Positions 22,221-36,441 of a stretch of 64,000 nucleotides of DNA are shown here, in pieces. The DNA is from Anthoceros angustus (Eukaryota; Plantae; Anthocerotophyta). The position numbers were made by a program, and so were the translations under genes. Position 1 is the stretch's first letter, and each line of letters starts with the position of its first letter. Location: positions 310,001 through 374,000 of the forward strand of contig VJWM01000063.1 of assembly GCA_010909165.1 (NCBI GenBank), read 5' to 3'. Under the pieces are notes generated by a model that worked only from the letters and a program-made list of their open reading frames with translations, did no database searches and was not told where the DNA came from.

Positions 22221-22749
22221 TAGTCGGTCCCCCCTAATTGGGAACTCTATAAATGGGATTCCTCTCTAAATGGGACCTCCCATCTTACTCCCTTTAGTTT
22301 ACAATGTAAAAAATGGGACTTTTCCCTAAATGGTAATTGGGACCTTTGTCCCCCCTTGAGAAACATACATTCATGTGAGTTTCACCTCCCTAAATGAGAT
22401 TTTTGATTTTTTTTAGTAAAAAAATTAAAAAAACTAAAAAAGAATCGATTATTTCAGAGCACAATAGACTTTTCGGTGTGATTGAAGACTCCTAAGCTAA
22501 GCTTTTTCCTTTATGATAGGTACAGGTTTTTTAATGCTGCTTAGAGAGAGTGCTAGTTTTCAAGCAACTATGTAGAGAAGTGGTAAAAGTTGTTTTTAAT
22601 GAAACCTATCAATCAAAATTAAAATTTTTTTGAATATTTTTAAAATTTATAATAGTTTTATTTTTTAAATAGGAAAAATATAATCGGGACGCCTCCCTTA
22701 ATGGGACCTCTAGCACTCCGAACCAGGCCCAATTAGGAGGGGTGGACTG
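22221..22749. mobile_element. Tc1/mariner(pogo)-type MITE with TA target duplication
   Basis: Left TA|TAGTCGGTCCCCCCTAATTGGG and right CCCAATTAGGAGGGGTGGACTG|TA form imperfect ~22-bp TIRs. Repeated subterminal TAAATGGGA motifs and an AT-rich interior. Confidence 0.75.
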
Positions 22750-23009
22750 TAGTTTGGTCAAGTGTCCCCAGCTTCAAACCTCCCAAAAAAATTCACGATC
22801 CCTAAACGATGGCGATCCCTAAACGATGGGCGAACGACTCAAATTGAGTCGGTTCGTCCTTGTGAGGTTGATAAAAACTAAAGCGTGTGTGCAAAATAGC
22901 TACTTTGTCCGCCCACACAGCCGTAGTTTTGGATTTGCGTTGTTGTGCTGCTCTGCCCTGCCGCCTGTTTCTTCTGCCGCTGTTGGCCGGCCTGAATGCG
23001 GGTGTCGCG

Positions 23010-25177
23010 ATGGCTGAGCAGCAGGCGGCCCCGGCGGCAGCGGCTTCCATGCCGGGCCGCTGGCGAGCCAACGCTCGAGCTATGCAGCACAGAATTCGAG
23101 CCCGGCTCTCCGTCGCCTGCGCCGAGCAATTTTCCGCCTTCTCCTTCCTCAGGCATCAACCGGGCGTTGCGGTAGCTGGCTGGCGAGGCCGGAGGGGAGC
23201 CAGTGCCACCAGCTTGGTGGTGGCGCGCGTCTTCAAGGGCAATGTCATCTTGGCACGCATCGCCCGGGCGCCCTCCCCTTCCAGTATCTCTTCTTCTACT
23301 CCATCACTACCCGGAGCCTCTACCTCGCCTTCTTCTGCTGTTGCTGCTGCCGCTTCTGCCGTCGCACTTCCCTCTGCTTCGACTCCTTCGGCGATCGTGT
23401 CTCAGCCAGGTGATGCACTTCACTCGATTTCACCTCACCCGATCGTCAGCCTACCAAGTCGTCTCGCCCTGCCTTGCTGGGTTGCTAATTCCCTTTTTGT
23501 GATTGATTGGCACCGCAGATCCAACTCTTGCGGCCGCGGACTCCGGCGTCGTGCGTATGCTGCAAGCGGTGGCTCTGCCTTTTATCGGGAATGTCTGTCA
23601 CGCTTTCATGCACGGATTGAATCGCACCCAGGTGCCCACCGTTGCTGCAGTTCTTATGTCACACGGCCCAATTCTTGCTTCTAGCAGGGTTCCGGTGGTT
23701 TGCTTATTCTTTTTGCGTGGGTACAGGTCATCGGCGCACACAAAATTCAGACTGCTATACTCGAGCGGCCTCCCGGTCAAGCCCTAATCACTGTAAGTGG
23801 CTCTCAATATTGGCGCCTGAAATTTATCCTACTCCGCACCTTATGGAAGTTGTTCGTTCACAGACTGATTATGGAAACCTTGGAACAAAAGCGCGATTCA
23901 GGTGTCTGACATGTGCTCTTTACAGGTTAGCAATCATGTTGCATCCATGGATGACCCCCTTGTGATTGCATCCATACTGCCGCCAAGTATAATGATGAAG
24001 GCAAGTAAGCTGCGATGGACTCTCTGTGCCACTGACCGATGCTTTACCAATGTAGCTTCATCAGCTTTTTTTCGCTGCGTCAAAGTTCTGCCTCTCTCCC
24101 GGGGAGCTGGGGTTCATCAGCCGGTGGGTTTTCTTTTCCGTCATGTTGGATGTTGTCAGCTCTGTGTACAATCCTCTTTTTGGATTAGGTTGCTCACTGG
24201 GGACTTTAGGACGTTGCAGGGTCTGGACGTCGCTCTTTCCAAACTCCGGCAGGGTGATTGGGTACACATTTTCCCAGAGGGTAGCCGCTCACGAGATGGA
24301 GGGAAAACAATCGGGCATGTGAAGCGAGGGATTGGAAGGTGGTCTTCAACACCTCCTCATCTGTCCTGATTATCTGTTTGCCAGTGGTAAGACTAGGTTC
24401 CGATTCAGATTCGATCGATGCCGATAGGTCTCCCTTCACTCCGGTCTGACTTAGCCTATTTCCCTCAGGCTGGTGATGGACCTTGACCACATTCCTATGG
24501 TGGTGCCTTTCGTGCACACGGGCATGCAGGATGTGATGCCAGTTGGTAGCAAACTGCCCTCTATTTGCAAGCAGGTATGTACTCGAAAGTTGTCTGGTAC
24601 ATTAACAGCGGGACGCCTGCAACGTGCCCGTGTGCTAGTATCAACTTGTTGAGTGTTCCTGTTTTTCAGTTGCTCTAAACCTGGTTTGTGGCAGGTGACG
24701 GTGCTTGTTGGAGATCCAATTGAGCTAGATGACCTGCTTAGGAGTGGCAAGGAACCGGGTCTGCTCTATGATGTTATTGCTCAACGGGTTGGCAAGAAAC
24801 TGCACGAGCTGAAGGCTGAACTCGACGAGATAGTTCTAGACGGCAGGCAAGTCGAGCAAGTGCATGTGTTTGAGAAGAGGGGCGGGCTTTGGGAGTATGT
24901 GGATTGGGACAACAATGGGCCTCTCGGTGATATAGCTTTGCACAGGAATAAAGATACGTGTCCACCTCCGGACAGTGGGCGTCCTCTTGGTCCCAGGAGT
25001 TTAATAGGTGATCTGAGACCCTCGATCGATGAAAATTCGGTCTTGATTGCAACAACGGCTATGGATGCCCTTGCGCAGCAGATTTCTCCGTCATACAGGT
25101 TGCGAGCCTTCGTAGACCCAGCAACTTTGGTTGGCTTTGCTGCCAGGGGCTTTCTTACCAGCAGCCAGTCAAAGTAG
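23010..25177 (+). CDS. TAZ: Tafazzin (phospholipid acyltransferase/transacylase), 7 exons
   Basis: Exons 23010-23409, 23519-23631, 23727-23792, 23926-24123, 24220-24338, 24469-24574 and 24695-25177, all with GT-AG. Motifs SNHVASMDDP (HxxxxD), RWTLCATDRCF, WVHIFPEGSRSRDGG and VPFVHTGMQDVMP. Confidence 0.93.
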
Positions 25178-25801
25178 CTAGTTCCTTCTGTATCCTCATT
25201 TTTGTTTGGCTACGAGAGCCCTATGTGGCTTCCTTATACTAAACTCTCACCTCGGTTCTGCATTGTTACTGCTGACTGTACGTGTTCATAATGTAAGCAA
25301 TGTACAGTGCTGCAAATAGTTCGCCAGATGGGCAGTGCCTTACTTAGCGCTGCTCTCACAAAGCTCATAGGATACTTGTCCCAAACCTGATGAAATGACC
25401 AGGCTACAGCCCCTTGCAGTGAAACCCGTCGACCTTAATTCGCTGCGAGAACTGCAAGGGCTGTGTATCCAATACATATCTGGTGAATATTACATCCGTT
25501 CCCCATCACGGTGTCGATGGTAAGGAACCCCTCATGACCTTCTCAAGTAACCGGGGGCACCCTTAGCCAAATCATGTGAAGACAGCAACAATATCCTTTT
25601 GTTTCCTCACCAGATGCCCAGCGCACTGGCCCTACAAAATCTACGAGGCGTATGCTTTCATGGAACCTCCACTCTCACTCGGCATACCTTCCCAGTCCAG
25701 TGCATTGCAGGTTCTTCCAAATCGCAAGAGGCATGCAAATAAATCTCTCAGATCGCATCCTTGATTCCTTGCCAGAAGGAGACGACCTGGTTACATAGAA
25801 T

Positions 25802-28800
25802 TCAGCTCAGATCAAAACCAGCGCCTGCAGTTATGGCGTAGAGAAGCTTCTCTTGGATCACTTCTTTGCTGCAAACGCAGAGAAACAGTTTGCTTAATAC
25901 ATGACCCGCAAGACGTTGCCAAGCCAAAATGAAAAATTCATGGCAGCTCTGATACTCAGTAAGAGCCGGTTTACAATTTTAGACATTTCCACCTTACATT
26001 TATCAACTTCTGCGTTAGCTTGTACTAAAAAAAATGCATTAATGCAATACATACCTTTTATAAGGCGGGAGCTTCAAGAGATTCATGCAAGTCGCAGAGG
26101 TAGGCAGCCGGTCCAGCGTTTCATCTGATACATCATCTGTCGCAGCTCTGAAAGACCACAAGATCATTATGCATGAGCACAGTAGACAATAAAGAAGGTA
26201 GTGAAACTATCATCTAAAAATGCAAAATCCAACATTCAGAGGGTCTAAGGCTGAAGCTAGTGTAAAATTCTCACCTTTGTATACAGAACTGTGGTTCAAG
26301 ATACTTGAACCCTAATAAAGGTCCACGAGAGCATCCGGTAACGAATCTGCAGGGCTCATAGGAACATGTCTCTGCGATCAGTTGCTACACCCTTTATCAA
26401 CAAAACGAGCTTGTAGCCACAAAAGCATATGAACAAAGAAAAGTTAGATCATCACGTCTTAAGCATGTTGGACAGAACACGTACTTCAAAAATTTCTGTT
26501 GAAGCTCTGAATCGAGCGTTCTAACTACCTCCCAGAACATTTCAATGACAGGATGATGCTGCAATGTGAGGGGGCAAACAAAAATTCATCACAAACTTAG
26601 TATTTTTCCTGTTCTATTGCCAAATTGTGCATGGATAAAAACACTAATTTAACCACACTTACCTCATGGTAGCCATTTGCATAATGCACATTTGAGCGAA
26701 GATCATTTACATCCATTCCTTCGTGTGAGCCTGATATAAGAACCTGTTGAAGAAAAGATAACAGCTGCAAATGTGAGTGCCTCCAAATCACTTTCAATTC
26801 CCCCTTTCAAAAAGCTACACGCATTCACCACACAGGTCAGCTGTACCTGTAACTCTTGCTCATTGAACATGTCAATCCATTCTGTCTTTATCAACTGCTG
26901 AAATCCAACCAGAAAGTGGCGGCTTTGCTGACGTATCTGGAGCAACCAAGGCCACCAGCCACAATGAGTCAATGACACACAAATGTGAAAGTATGCCATG
27001 AATGGCACAACCTTGCTATGCGAAAGAACGATACAAGGTAAGGCTAACACTATCATGCACCTGACTGTTCAAGCGGTGATTTGCAACATAGTGGATATAC
27101 TTTATCACATTGGAATTTGTCACAGGTATGTCCTTGCCACCTGGTTCCAGTTCCACCTCAACTTGTTCACCATACTCATTGTTTTCCACTACAAAGTACA
27201 GACCCAACTGTGACAGATCTCCTTCATAGTGCTGCATAGCAAGGCCCACACAAGTGAGACTGGATCGAAAGAAACAACAAGAGGTAATCCTAAACATATA
27301 CTTCTTACACATCTACCTTTAAGAACAAAAGGCTGCGATAGAGCTCAGGGTCAAGAGATGGTAGATCATGCAAATAGTTGTATCTGCAAGATACATAAAC
27401 ACATCGTCTTTACATTGATGTCAGACATGCATAACTCACAACCAACTCTATAATTAGCTCCAGCTTAAAGACAACCAATAGGCCCTCCCACAAGATATAG
27501 GCTTAGCGCCTGGAGTCATGATTCACAGCAAAGGTTTCATGTGCTCCACTATGCCAGGTAACAGGTTGGTGAGGATCTTTCTCAGAAATAACTCTACCCA
27601 CAACAACCATACTTACAGTTTCACAAGCATAAAGCTGCTTAAATCAAAAACCCACAATACGTTTAGAGCACAAACAGAAAACATCCAGAACCACGTCTTC
27701 TATCCCAGACCCCTCAGGCATACTTGCTAAGCACCTGCCTAGCATACAATGAAGAGAGAAGGTAAAGCTTACTTGTTCCGCAGTTTGCTCAGGAAAAAAG
27801 TAGCAAAAGGGATATCCACCAAGATGCCTTCAAACATTGCCTACATTCAAGGAGAACTGTCTAAGTCTGAGGAATAGATCAGCCTTCACAGCAAAATAGC
27901 ACCCACGAGCAGGACAAGAGAAGCCCAGCATAGAGTTGCTCTTCCAGCAATGAATTTGGCGCACACAAAATTTTCAGAAAGTTATTCCCCACCTTTCCCA
28001 GAATCTTTCCAAGAAACTGGAAGTATTGCAAATGATCATCATGAGCCATGTGAGAAGCAGGATTTGGATACAAAAGATGATCGGCAGTTTCCTGAATTGT
28101 TCATCACAACAACCGAACAGCTACTGTTGGTACCTGAAGAACATAGAAGGTGGAGGGAAAACTGATTCAAAGATACCAGGGGACTTTATTACCTTAAACA
28201 GGCCATATTGTATATCAAACGCTGCCTTTGTAATGTTTTCCATGAAATCTTTGAACAGCCCGCCACCATCAACTCCTGCTTCTTCCACACCAAGCTCGTT
28301 CACAAAGGAGACTTGAATCTGCAAAATCCAGCAAAGAACTTCAAGAAGGCTGGCAATGCAAATTCACATCATACTTGAATGACCATTGACACATGCCCTG
28401 ACATACACAATTGCTGATCTGGCTGTCATTTACCGTGCCACGCAAGACCTCCTCTGGCAAACTGTTCAGCTGAGAAAATGCATCTTCAATTATGCGATCT
28501 CTCCGTATATTCACTCGTAGCCTTGAAAATGGTGTCCGTGGTGAACTTTGCTGCCTAGCTGCACTAACTTGTGACTGCAAAATGTATAATTCAATAAACA
28601 GCTAACAGCAGTATCCAAAACTTAACAATACCTAAGCTGCTGTCATTTTGGGCAAGGCACACACATGCTATCAGGCAGAAGTATAAGGGCAAGAAAATAT
28701 AAGTTCAACAGGCTGTGGAAACTGGTCGTGTTCCCCAAGACCTTTGACACCAAGCACTATCCTATCTTCCACATCTCCAACAAGTACAGGACTAAGTTCA

Positions 28801-31800
28801 ACCAACACCATTAGTTCATGCACCACATACCCCAGAACTTATTTTGGGTCATTAGGATGTTTTACTTACAGTGTAAATGCGCACTCGATCAGTGAATGGC
28901 ACAAGAAATGGGGCTTGATGCAGTAAGTCACGGGCCCTTGTATTCTCTGTTTCAGCCTGCGGGGCTGAAACTTGTCAAAACCACTATTTCCAGATCTCAG
29001 AACGCAACTGTGATTACCAGCAGAGATGACCCATGACCTGAGTAAAAAAGTTCTCATCGACTGCCTCCCGCGCATGAAAAGTTTGTGGCTTTGTGAAAGC
29101 CCTTCTGCTATTGCGATCATGCAACTGCCAGACAAAGCAATGAATTCTATCAAATCTCTGCCAGATAGACTTGAAGATAACCTACTCAAGCAAAACATGA
29201 GCTCAGATAGTGACCTCAGCTAAAAGCCGAGCAGCCTCTGCACTAACACGTTCCCGCATAAATTGTGAGGAAAATATCCTATGTCGGTTAGATGACGCTT
29301 GGATTGTCTTTTGAGTGGTAGAAAATGGTCCAAAACCACTCTTGGAGGTGAGGACCCACAGCAACTGCCAGAGCCACTGCAACAACACCGTCCGTAGAAT
29401 GAGAGACCAGAAAAGAGGTCTCAAAGATACGCCCATGCTGAAAGGGAGAATTCTAAGCACCATGGTAAGCAGAGATCTACCTCCTTAAGGATAATCACAA
29501 GCTGTACAAGATCATCAAGCCTAAGAGGTCGCTGTTGCTCATAGAATTCCTCGTTATCAATACTTGTTAGTAAATAGCTGGTCACATAAAACGGCATGCA
29601 TTAATGACTGGGACCCATCATACAAACAGAAGCAGGGCAGGAACCACCAGACCTTCAAATGCCGTACGAGCATACACACCTATATACAGAAGAAAACACT
29701 GCAAGGGGCAGCATCCAGCCCATTAGATCAGGAGGCAACAAGTTCTCAGTTGGCGTTTTGCTCCACAAATCCAATGCTGGCCAAGAATGACCGAGATGAC
29801 ACCGCTTCATGTACTGCCAAAGGTGTGGAACCAAATTGCCCTTGTACGCCAGGCCAGTCACGACAGCTTTCTTTGGCAGAATTGTGAATATAGCGAAGAA
29901 GAAAGCACACGCAGCACCAACTGCTCCAGCTTCCGTAGATGATGGAGGTTCAGAAAGAGTACTCATCTCTGAACCAGCACCAGAAAATACAACCCTCACC
30001 TGCATACATCCCAACCATCCCACAGAATTAGATCGAGATGCCCACTTCCAGATCAATGAAACGTGAGGGTGAGTGATACACACCAGATGGTGCAGCAACT
30101 CATAATTTGCTGCTTGTTTAACCTGCTCCTCCAATTCAGGTGCAGAGACAGCTGGCTTTGTTCCCTCTGCTCCATCAATCTCCATCTCATCGTCAGATCC
30201 TAAAGACTCAGAAAGCCAAATCAGCAATGGCAGAAGATATAGGACGCAAAGTTTCACAGCATGAAGAGCAAAGTTCCAGGAAAATCACAACATATACTGT
30301 TGCAGAGCCAGCACTCCACCTTTTCAAACCAACAATCAGAGTATCAGACATGTACAGAACTGGCACTACCTTCTTCACTAGTGTTTCCTACAGATTTGAA
30401 AAAGTGAGGTGGAAGCTCCTCCATGAGACACCTAGCCACAACCGAAAACTCTGTAGCCTGCAATCAGACCCACCATATCAAAGAGGCCACATTTCATGCC
30501 ATGCGCAAGAAGGACAAAAAGAAATGAAAATCATACCAGCTGAAGGCCACAATCTGGTTGTGATAGTGCTGCAGCTGCCACCTCTACCAGATTACCCAGA
30601 AGACAGATGCTTGACGGAAAACCCGGAGTTGTATCTGAAGGCAGGACAGTAAGGCATTGTGGTAAAGAAGATGCCAGCTGGTGGACCGAGAAAGCCCAGA
30701 GGCCATTATTTACACACGCCTGATACAACCCCAACAAGTTACAAAATGGCAAAGTTTAGATTCTGAGCCTGTAAGATCACCGATCTGCACATCTAAGAAC
30801 CTTTACAACCATGGTGCTCATTAAGTATCTACAAAAGCTCCTCTAGCACTTCCAGTCCACAGTCAGGAGCTTCACACACTACTAGGAGTCTAATAAAAGG
30901 GTTTGAGCAGAGTACCTGCTTCAAAGAAGGAAAGTGCTGCCATAGCAATGGGATTGTCAGGACTTGGGTGGCAAAAGTGCAATCCAGAGAGGTGCAATTT
31001 TTCTCCTGCACTCTGTGCAAGTACCGGGAAACCAGCACAAGGATGGCATGCTCTATGTAGCTAGAACTTCCAGTGTAAGATCTGCTTTCTGGTTTCTGCC
31101 CAAAATGCATCCACCATCAGCAGCGTTATGGATAAATTCCAGACCACAATTAAGGATGTGATGAAACCATTCATAAAGAAAAAGAGGAACAGCGATCAGA
31201 ATGCATTCACACGTACCAGTCTCAGCAGAATATTCCGGATGAGGTGAAACAATCTGCACTGCATAAGGTAATCAATCACTGCCCCAGTCCAGGGGAGAGC
31301 ATTTGCAGTCAGGGTGAGAACCGTTTCCAGCAGCATGGCACCTGAATTGAGCACTGACCCCGTTCGTTCAGCAGGCAAAAGCAGCTCTGCCTTGAGTGTC
31401 TCACTATGAGGACAGCAGTAAAACGGTGCAGGAACACATTAGAAAGAGACAGTTCGAGTATCTACTTGATATCTTACAATACCCCCTGATTGGACTCATG
31501 ATGAGCCTGAACAGAGGTCGAACCCTGCTTTATGGCAGAGAGGAGGACAACAAGCACCACTTACATGTTTCCATGAATGGCCTGCATACAAAGGCTTGCA
31601 AGGCGCTTCACACGGTGCTCCACTGTGGTCCTATCAGTCGGACGATAATCGTCTGTGAAAACAGCTTGAACACTTCCTGCAACATGGCAGCCAGTGGTGG
31701 CGGTAGACCAATCGAATGAGTCGGGAAACAGATGCAAAAGCTCTTTCAATCTGCATCACAAGGAGGAAAGAAGATGTGCTTAACCAGTGCAACAAGCCTG

Positions 31801-32465
31801 TGATGCACACATCCTAAATCCTGGATCCCGGAGGAGCTCTCCTCACCTGTTTCACTTACGCACGTGAGCAGCCACCGGCAGGCTGAGACCAGGCGGATGA
31901 AGTCAGTTGGGTCATCGGGACGGTAAAAAAACAACAGTTCGGTGAGGAATTTGGATGCAGGCTTGAACGCAGTCCTGGTCAGCAAATGTCGCAAAACGAA
32001 AACACGTGAGAGCTCAGGTAAAGTTGACACCCAAACAATGCGGCAATTCGAAAGCTCAAAACTAACCTGTCAGCCCTTTCGCCATACTCCCCAAAAGCTT
32101 GACAAAAATCTTGACGAACCATGGGTCGCTGCAAGGCCACATCCTTCCTTCCTCTGAAACATTTCTGAGATAATACAAGCATGCGTGAGAGCAGCCCTAA
32201 AACCTGTTGCTGGAATCAAGCCCGTCAAAGTGACCAAATCCTGTGACACGGTGAGCAACATGAGATGAAGGCAGAAAAGGGTGATTGTAGCTGGAATGAA
32301 ACTGACCTGGATGCGGGTGGCACTGAGGGTGCGTTGTCGCAGGCGTTGGCGTTGCTCCCGCTCACTGCGCACGCGCGCCACGTGCTTGAGTCGGTCCTCT
32401 TCCTTGTTGCTTCTGCCGCCCAAGTCTACCTTTCTCCTACTGGACGGGTCACCGGTGAAGAACAT
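25802..32465 (-). CDS. UPL6: HECT E3 ubiquitin-protein ligase UPL6 (UBE3C-like), multi-exon
   Basis: N-terminus MFFTGDPSSRRKVDLGGRS plus an IQ motif. HECT motifs IRRDRIIEDAF, EAGVDGGGLFKDFME, FLGKILGK, WIDMFNEQELQ and RLPTSATCMNLLKLPPY (catalytic Cys). C-terminus GAGFDLS*. Confidence 0.96.
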
Positions 32466-33049
32466 AATTGGGCTGGCCTTGCTGCGAGCACGCAACCTTC
32501 GCCCCCGATTTGAAGCAATTCGTTTGCTTTTCCCCCGTGTGCGTGAGCACTGTCCCGCTTCCTCCACTGGGTTGGTCCACCGTATCCCTGCTCCCTCAGA
32601 GCATAGTGGATTGCTTTTCCGGCTTCCTTTGCTGCGCTGCTTGTATGTATCGCGCCACCGAGCCCCAGCACAAGCGAGTACCTACATAAATAGGTGCATT
32701 TAGCCTGGCAAGTCGTTCTTCTTTTTGGTTCCACCTTTTCTCGTTTTAAGGACCGGGTGAGAATGGTACAACGTATTTCACATGAATATGGGGATCTTAA
32801 ACATATACGCCTATGTACGTACCTATATAAAATTTTGAGACATATCGTTTAAAAATTATAAGAGATTATTTTAGCCAAAAAAAACTTCAAAATCCCATTC
32901 CAACTGGTGGACCCACTTAGCTCGATGTAAAATTGCTGGGCAGCGCATTGCTATACACCACACCATCCCACATGTCCTGCTCTTGATGGCCAGGGAGAGC
33001 GGATCTTTTCTTTGTAAAGAGCGCCCGTATAATCTATCTAATGGAACCA

Positions 33050-33212
33050 TATTTGTGTTACACATGTCGTTGTAACAGACCCGACACGGGACACCGTCTG
33101 CGAGCACGCTACCATCAATCCTCCGGGTTCGGTGAGGGATGCGCTACTGCCAAGGTTCATAAGTAGTATACCCTATCAAGAACGCCATGTTTTCATTCCC
33201 CTTGCTATTGCA
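33050..33212 (+). mobile_element. Short CRE-like endonuclease fragment
   Basis: VVVTDPTRDTVCEH..INPPG..CATAKVHK..FIPLAI is similar to 21600-21750. Confidence 0.65.
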
Positions 33213-33450
33213 TGACGACGGGTTTTTTGTACTTACTATTTTTTTATTTTTAGTTTTTAGTCATTTAATTTAATATTACTATGAATCTATGTACTAATCT
33301 ATGTATTAAGTAGACATGGTTAAAAGAAATGAACATCTTCAAAAATATATAGTAGGCAATAATTTATAGAGCAAAGACAACAGGATAAATTTGTGTACTA
33401 TTCACCACCCTTAAGGGTCACTTTAAAAGAAACCTTGGAGACTTTATTGG

Positions 33451-33830
33451 AAAAAAAGAGATGGGGAAATCCCATTTACCCCGTGACAAGGGGGAAAAAC
33501 TCACATAAGGGCACCAGGCAAAGGGGGACTAGCCCTCGCGATTGCCGATCTTGAAACTACCTACCACGCCAAGAATATTGTGGTCAAGGATAAGGAAGGG
33601 CCTACCTACCACAAAAGCAGAAAATACCGTCTCCTCGGCGACGTCAGGACAACTACGTTGCCCGTCTCTCGCACATCGACAACTGCGTTGTACATCCCTC
33701 GGCCCTGGCGACGTCCGACACATCGTGATTTGCCACCGCCTCCTGCTTGCCGACGTCTGACACACTTGGCCAACACCCATGGACACCCATTGCCTAAAGA
33801 AAGCCACAATACAGGAAAGGGGGAGGCCCG
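33451..33830 (-). mobile_element. 5'-truncated CRE-like 3' end
   Basis: Reverse complement matches 21840-22115 (VAFFRQWVS.. and the ctagtcccc..cccatctctttt tail). Confidence 0.7.
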
Positions 33831-35737
33831 TCACCATAAAATAGAAAGTTATGTTCACAGACTCATTCGTTAAGCCTATAATGTCATGTCAATAAAGATA
33901 AAAAGATCTACATAGCAGTCGAGTTGGTAGATAGCTCATGTCACGTACAAGATCTCAATTCTAGTTTCGTTTAAGGACTCGGATATCTTGTTATCGTGAA
34001 TGAACATTCGGGCATAGTTATGATGATTCCATATTTATGAATAACTTGTACACCTTTTACAGCGTACAAGATGTTTTTGGGTTCTTTACGCGCACATCCT
34101 AGTGGCATAATAAGTTGCCAACTACACCCCCGTTCCGTAATTTCTTTACATTTTCTGTCCACTGTAACATTCCGTGTACTCTTGATCTTACTCACTCCGC
34201 TATTCATTATTGTCAGGCACTCTCGTTTCCGTCCGCGAACTCCCATTCCGTAAGTTCGCAATATCTTGTAGAAAAGACCCTTGAAGGACATGATGAGGAG
34301 AAGGCGAAGCAACAACTTGGTTCTTTCACAGAGCATGATGACGATTTGGCTATGGTTTAATGAATGATGTCTTCGACCTTGGTGTCATTCTCGATTGGAA
34401 TTCTAAGTAGGAGTAGGCTTTCCTCATTATGCCAAGTATAATTATTGATTATTAATTTTGATTATTTTATTTATGTATCTTACTGGGTCCATTATATCAT
34501 TTTACTTATATAAACATATTAAAATATATATACATGAAAAGAACGTCGTAAAATTCTATGAACGTTCTACGTCTTGTACATACCACGTAGCTATGCATTC
34601 GGGAATGGTTGCTTTCTACCTCTCCCGTCCAGCTTACATAGTTTTGGTTCAAGAATCAAGCAGCCCCACTCTCGGTAAACGTAAAGAACTCGTGTTCTAT
34701 CCTAAGTAACTGAATATCTATTTTAGTTATCTATATTTACATCTATTTATGAGTAGTAAGTTGGATTTTATCTATAGGTTATTTCTCAGTAATGCATATT
34801 TAACGGTATTCAGCTATTTGAAACGGAATATTAGGTTTGCTATTTACACTGGATATTACGTCTCGGTCGGCTGCGCATTCGCAAGCCGGGCTCCTACTTG
34901 GTCGAGCTCTCTTCACTGGGCTTCACTTCCTGCATGGGCAAGATGGCAATTGCAGATCGTAACACTCTCCTCCACTATAAGAGGCCTGGTCCTCCATGCC
35001 TTCGAGCTATTGTCGAACATGAGGGAATTAGTGGCAAAAATCTTGAGGTTGCCAATGTGGCTGAAGAATGAGGCTCTTCGCTCCACCCAACAAGGCAATC
35101 ACGGACAAGTCTATTCCTCAGTTGACGGATGTATACCTAGAGGATTCTATCCATTTAGGAAAGAGATGTGAGTGGTGGGTGGCATGGATGTCTTGTACGC
35201 CTATGTGTGATGAGACAGTTGTTGCTGGTGTTGTGGGTTGGTTTGGTACTGGTGGTGGCGACGCTGCTATGGTTGCAAGGCTCAAGTCCGAGAGCGCAAC
35301 TAAGCGCTGGATAACAGGCTTGAACATGCTCACATGAAAGGTTCAGCACATGCGCTGATAGGCTGGAACACATTAGAGAAGGTCCAAATTGGTGACAATA
35401 AATATGTTCTAACTCTAAAAGAACATGATCGAGTATCAACAAGGAGTAAGGGGTATAAATGGATAAATGATAAGTTATTCTTTGTAGATAACATGTAAGT
35501 AGTACCAAAACCGGATGTTCGAGTAGCATTGATACATAAGATTCATGAAGACTTGGGACATTTTAGTACAAAAAGAACCCTTAGTTTACTCATGAATATT
35601 TATTATTGGAAGGGAATAATCAATGTGGTTGGTAAGGTAGTATCCACATGTGAAATTTGTGATAGAGTTAAAGCAAGTTTTTCCAATAAAACACTTGAAG
35701 TACATCCTTTCCCAATAAGAGGTATATTTTGTAGATG

Positions 35738-36040
35738 AGAAAAGAAGACATTATTACAAAAAAGAGATGGAAAAAACTCATCCATCCTAAAAACAAAGGG
35801 GGAAAAACCCAATAAAGGGCATCATGCCAGGGGGACTAGCCCCCACGATCACGCATTTCAAAACTACCAAGCGCCCGAAGAACTTCGTGGTCAGGGATGT
35901 GAAAAGGCCTACTTACCACCGGTGTCAAAGAAGCCGATCCCGCTCTGGGGCTGCTCAGATACTACATTGGCCGCCCTGCAGAGCGATGGAAACCCTTAGC
36001 CGGAAGAAAGCAACAATACAAGAAAGGGGGAGGCCCCCCC
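35738..36040 (-). mobile_element. 5'-truncated CRE-like copy inserted in gypsy integrase with TSD
   Basis: Reverse complement matches the 3' end at 22030-22115. It is flanked by TGTAGATG (35730-35737) and TATAGATG (36041-36048), and removal restores IFCRWSLDL. Confidence 0.8.
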
Positions 36041-36441
36041 TATAGATGGAGCTTAGATTTAACAAGTGAATTACCAATAACAACAAGAGGATATAGGTAA
36101 ATATGTTTTGGTACTGATACAGAAGTGTTAATTCATACAGAGAAAAATCTTTGTGTTGTTCATATAGAAAAACAAGAAGTGGTCATTTCAGACCAAGATT
36201 GAGAAAATTTGAAGTTGGTTATTATGTTTATCTACAAAGTAAGACAATGACAACAATTGATGCTAGTGCAAGCAAAGTAATATTGAGAGTGAAGGAAATT
36301 AAACTTAGTGAAGAATTAATGTTGGAAGGAAAAGATGGAAGCACATGTTTGGAACATATGATGAATTATGCTCATTGTGACTTACCACATTTGAATCCAA
36401 CAATAGATTTGCTCGCATTTGTTCTTAGAAAAGAATTTGCA

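Noticed and set aside
22887-23684. 265-aa ORF as a stand-alone gene
   Set aside because: It is tafazzin exon 1 read through into intron 1 and beyond.
25177-25802. Convergent tafazzin/UPL6 3' ends as a natural antisense pair
   Set aside because: The stops are ~625 bp apart, and UTR overlap cannot be shown without transcript data; this is common in compact genomes.
33900-35430. Several 60-140 aa ORFs
   Set aside because: No motifs, splice structure or repeats could be recognised; left unannotated.
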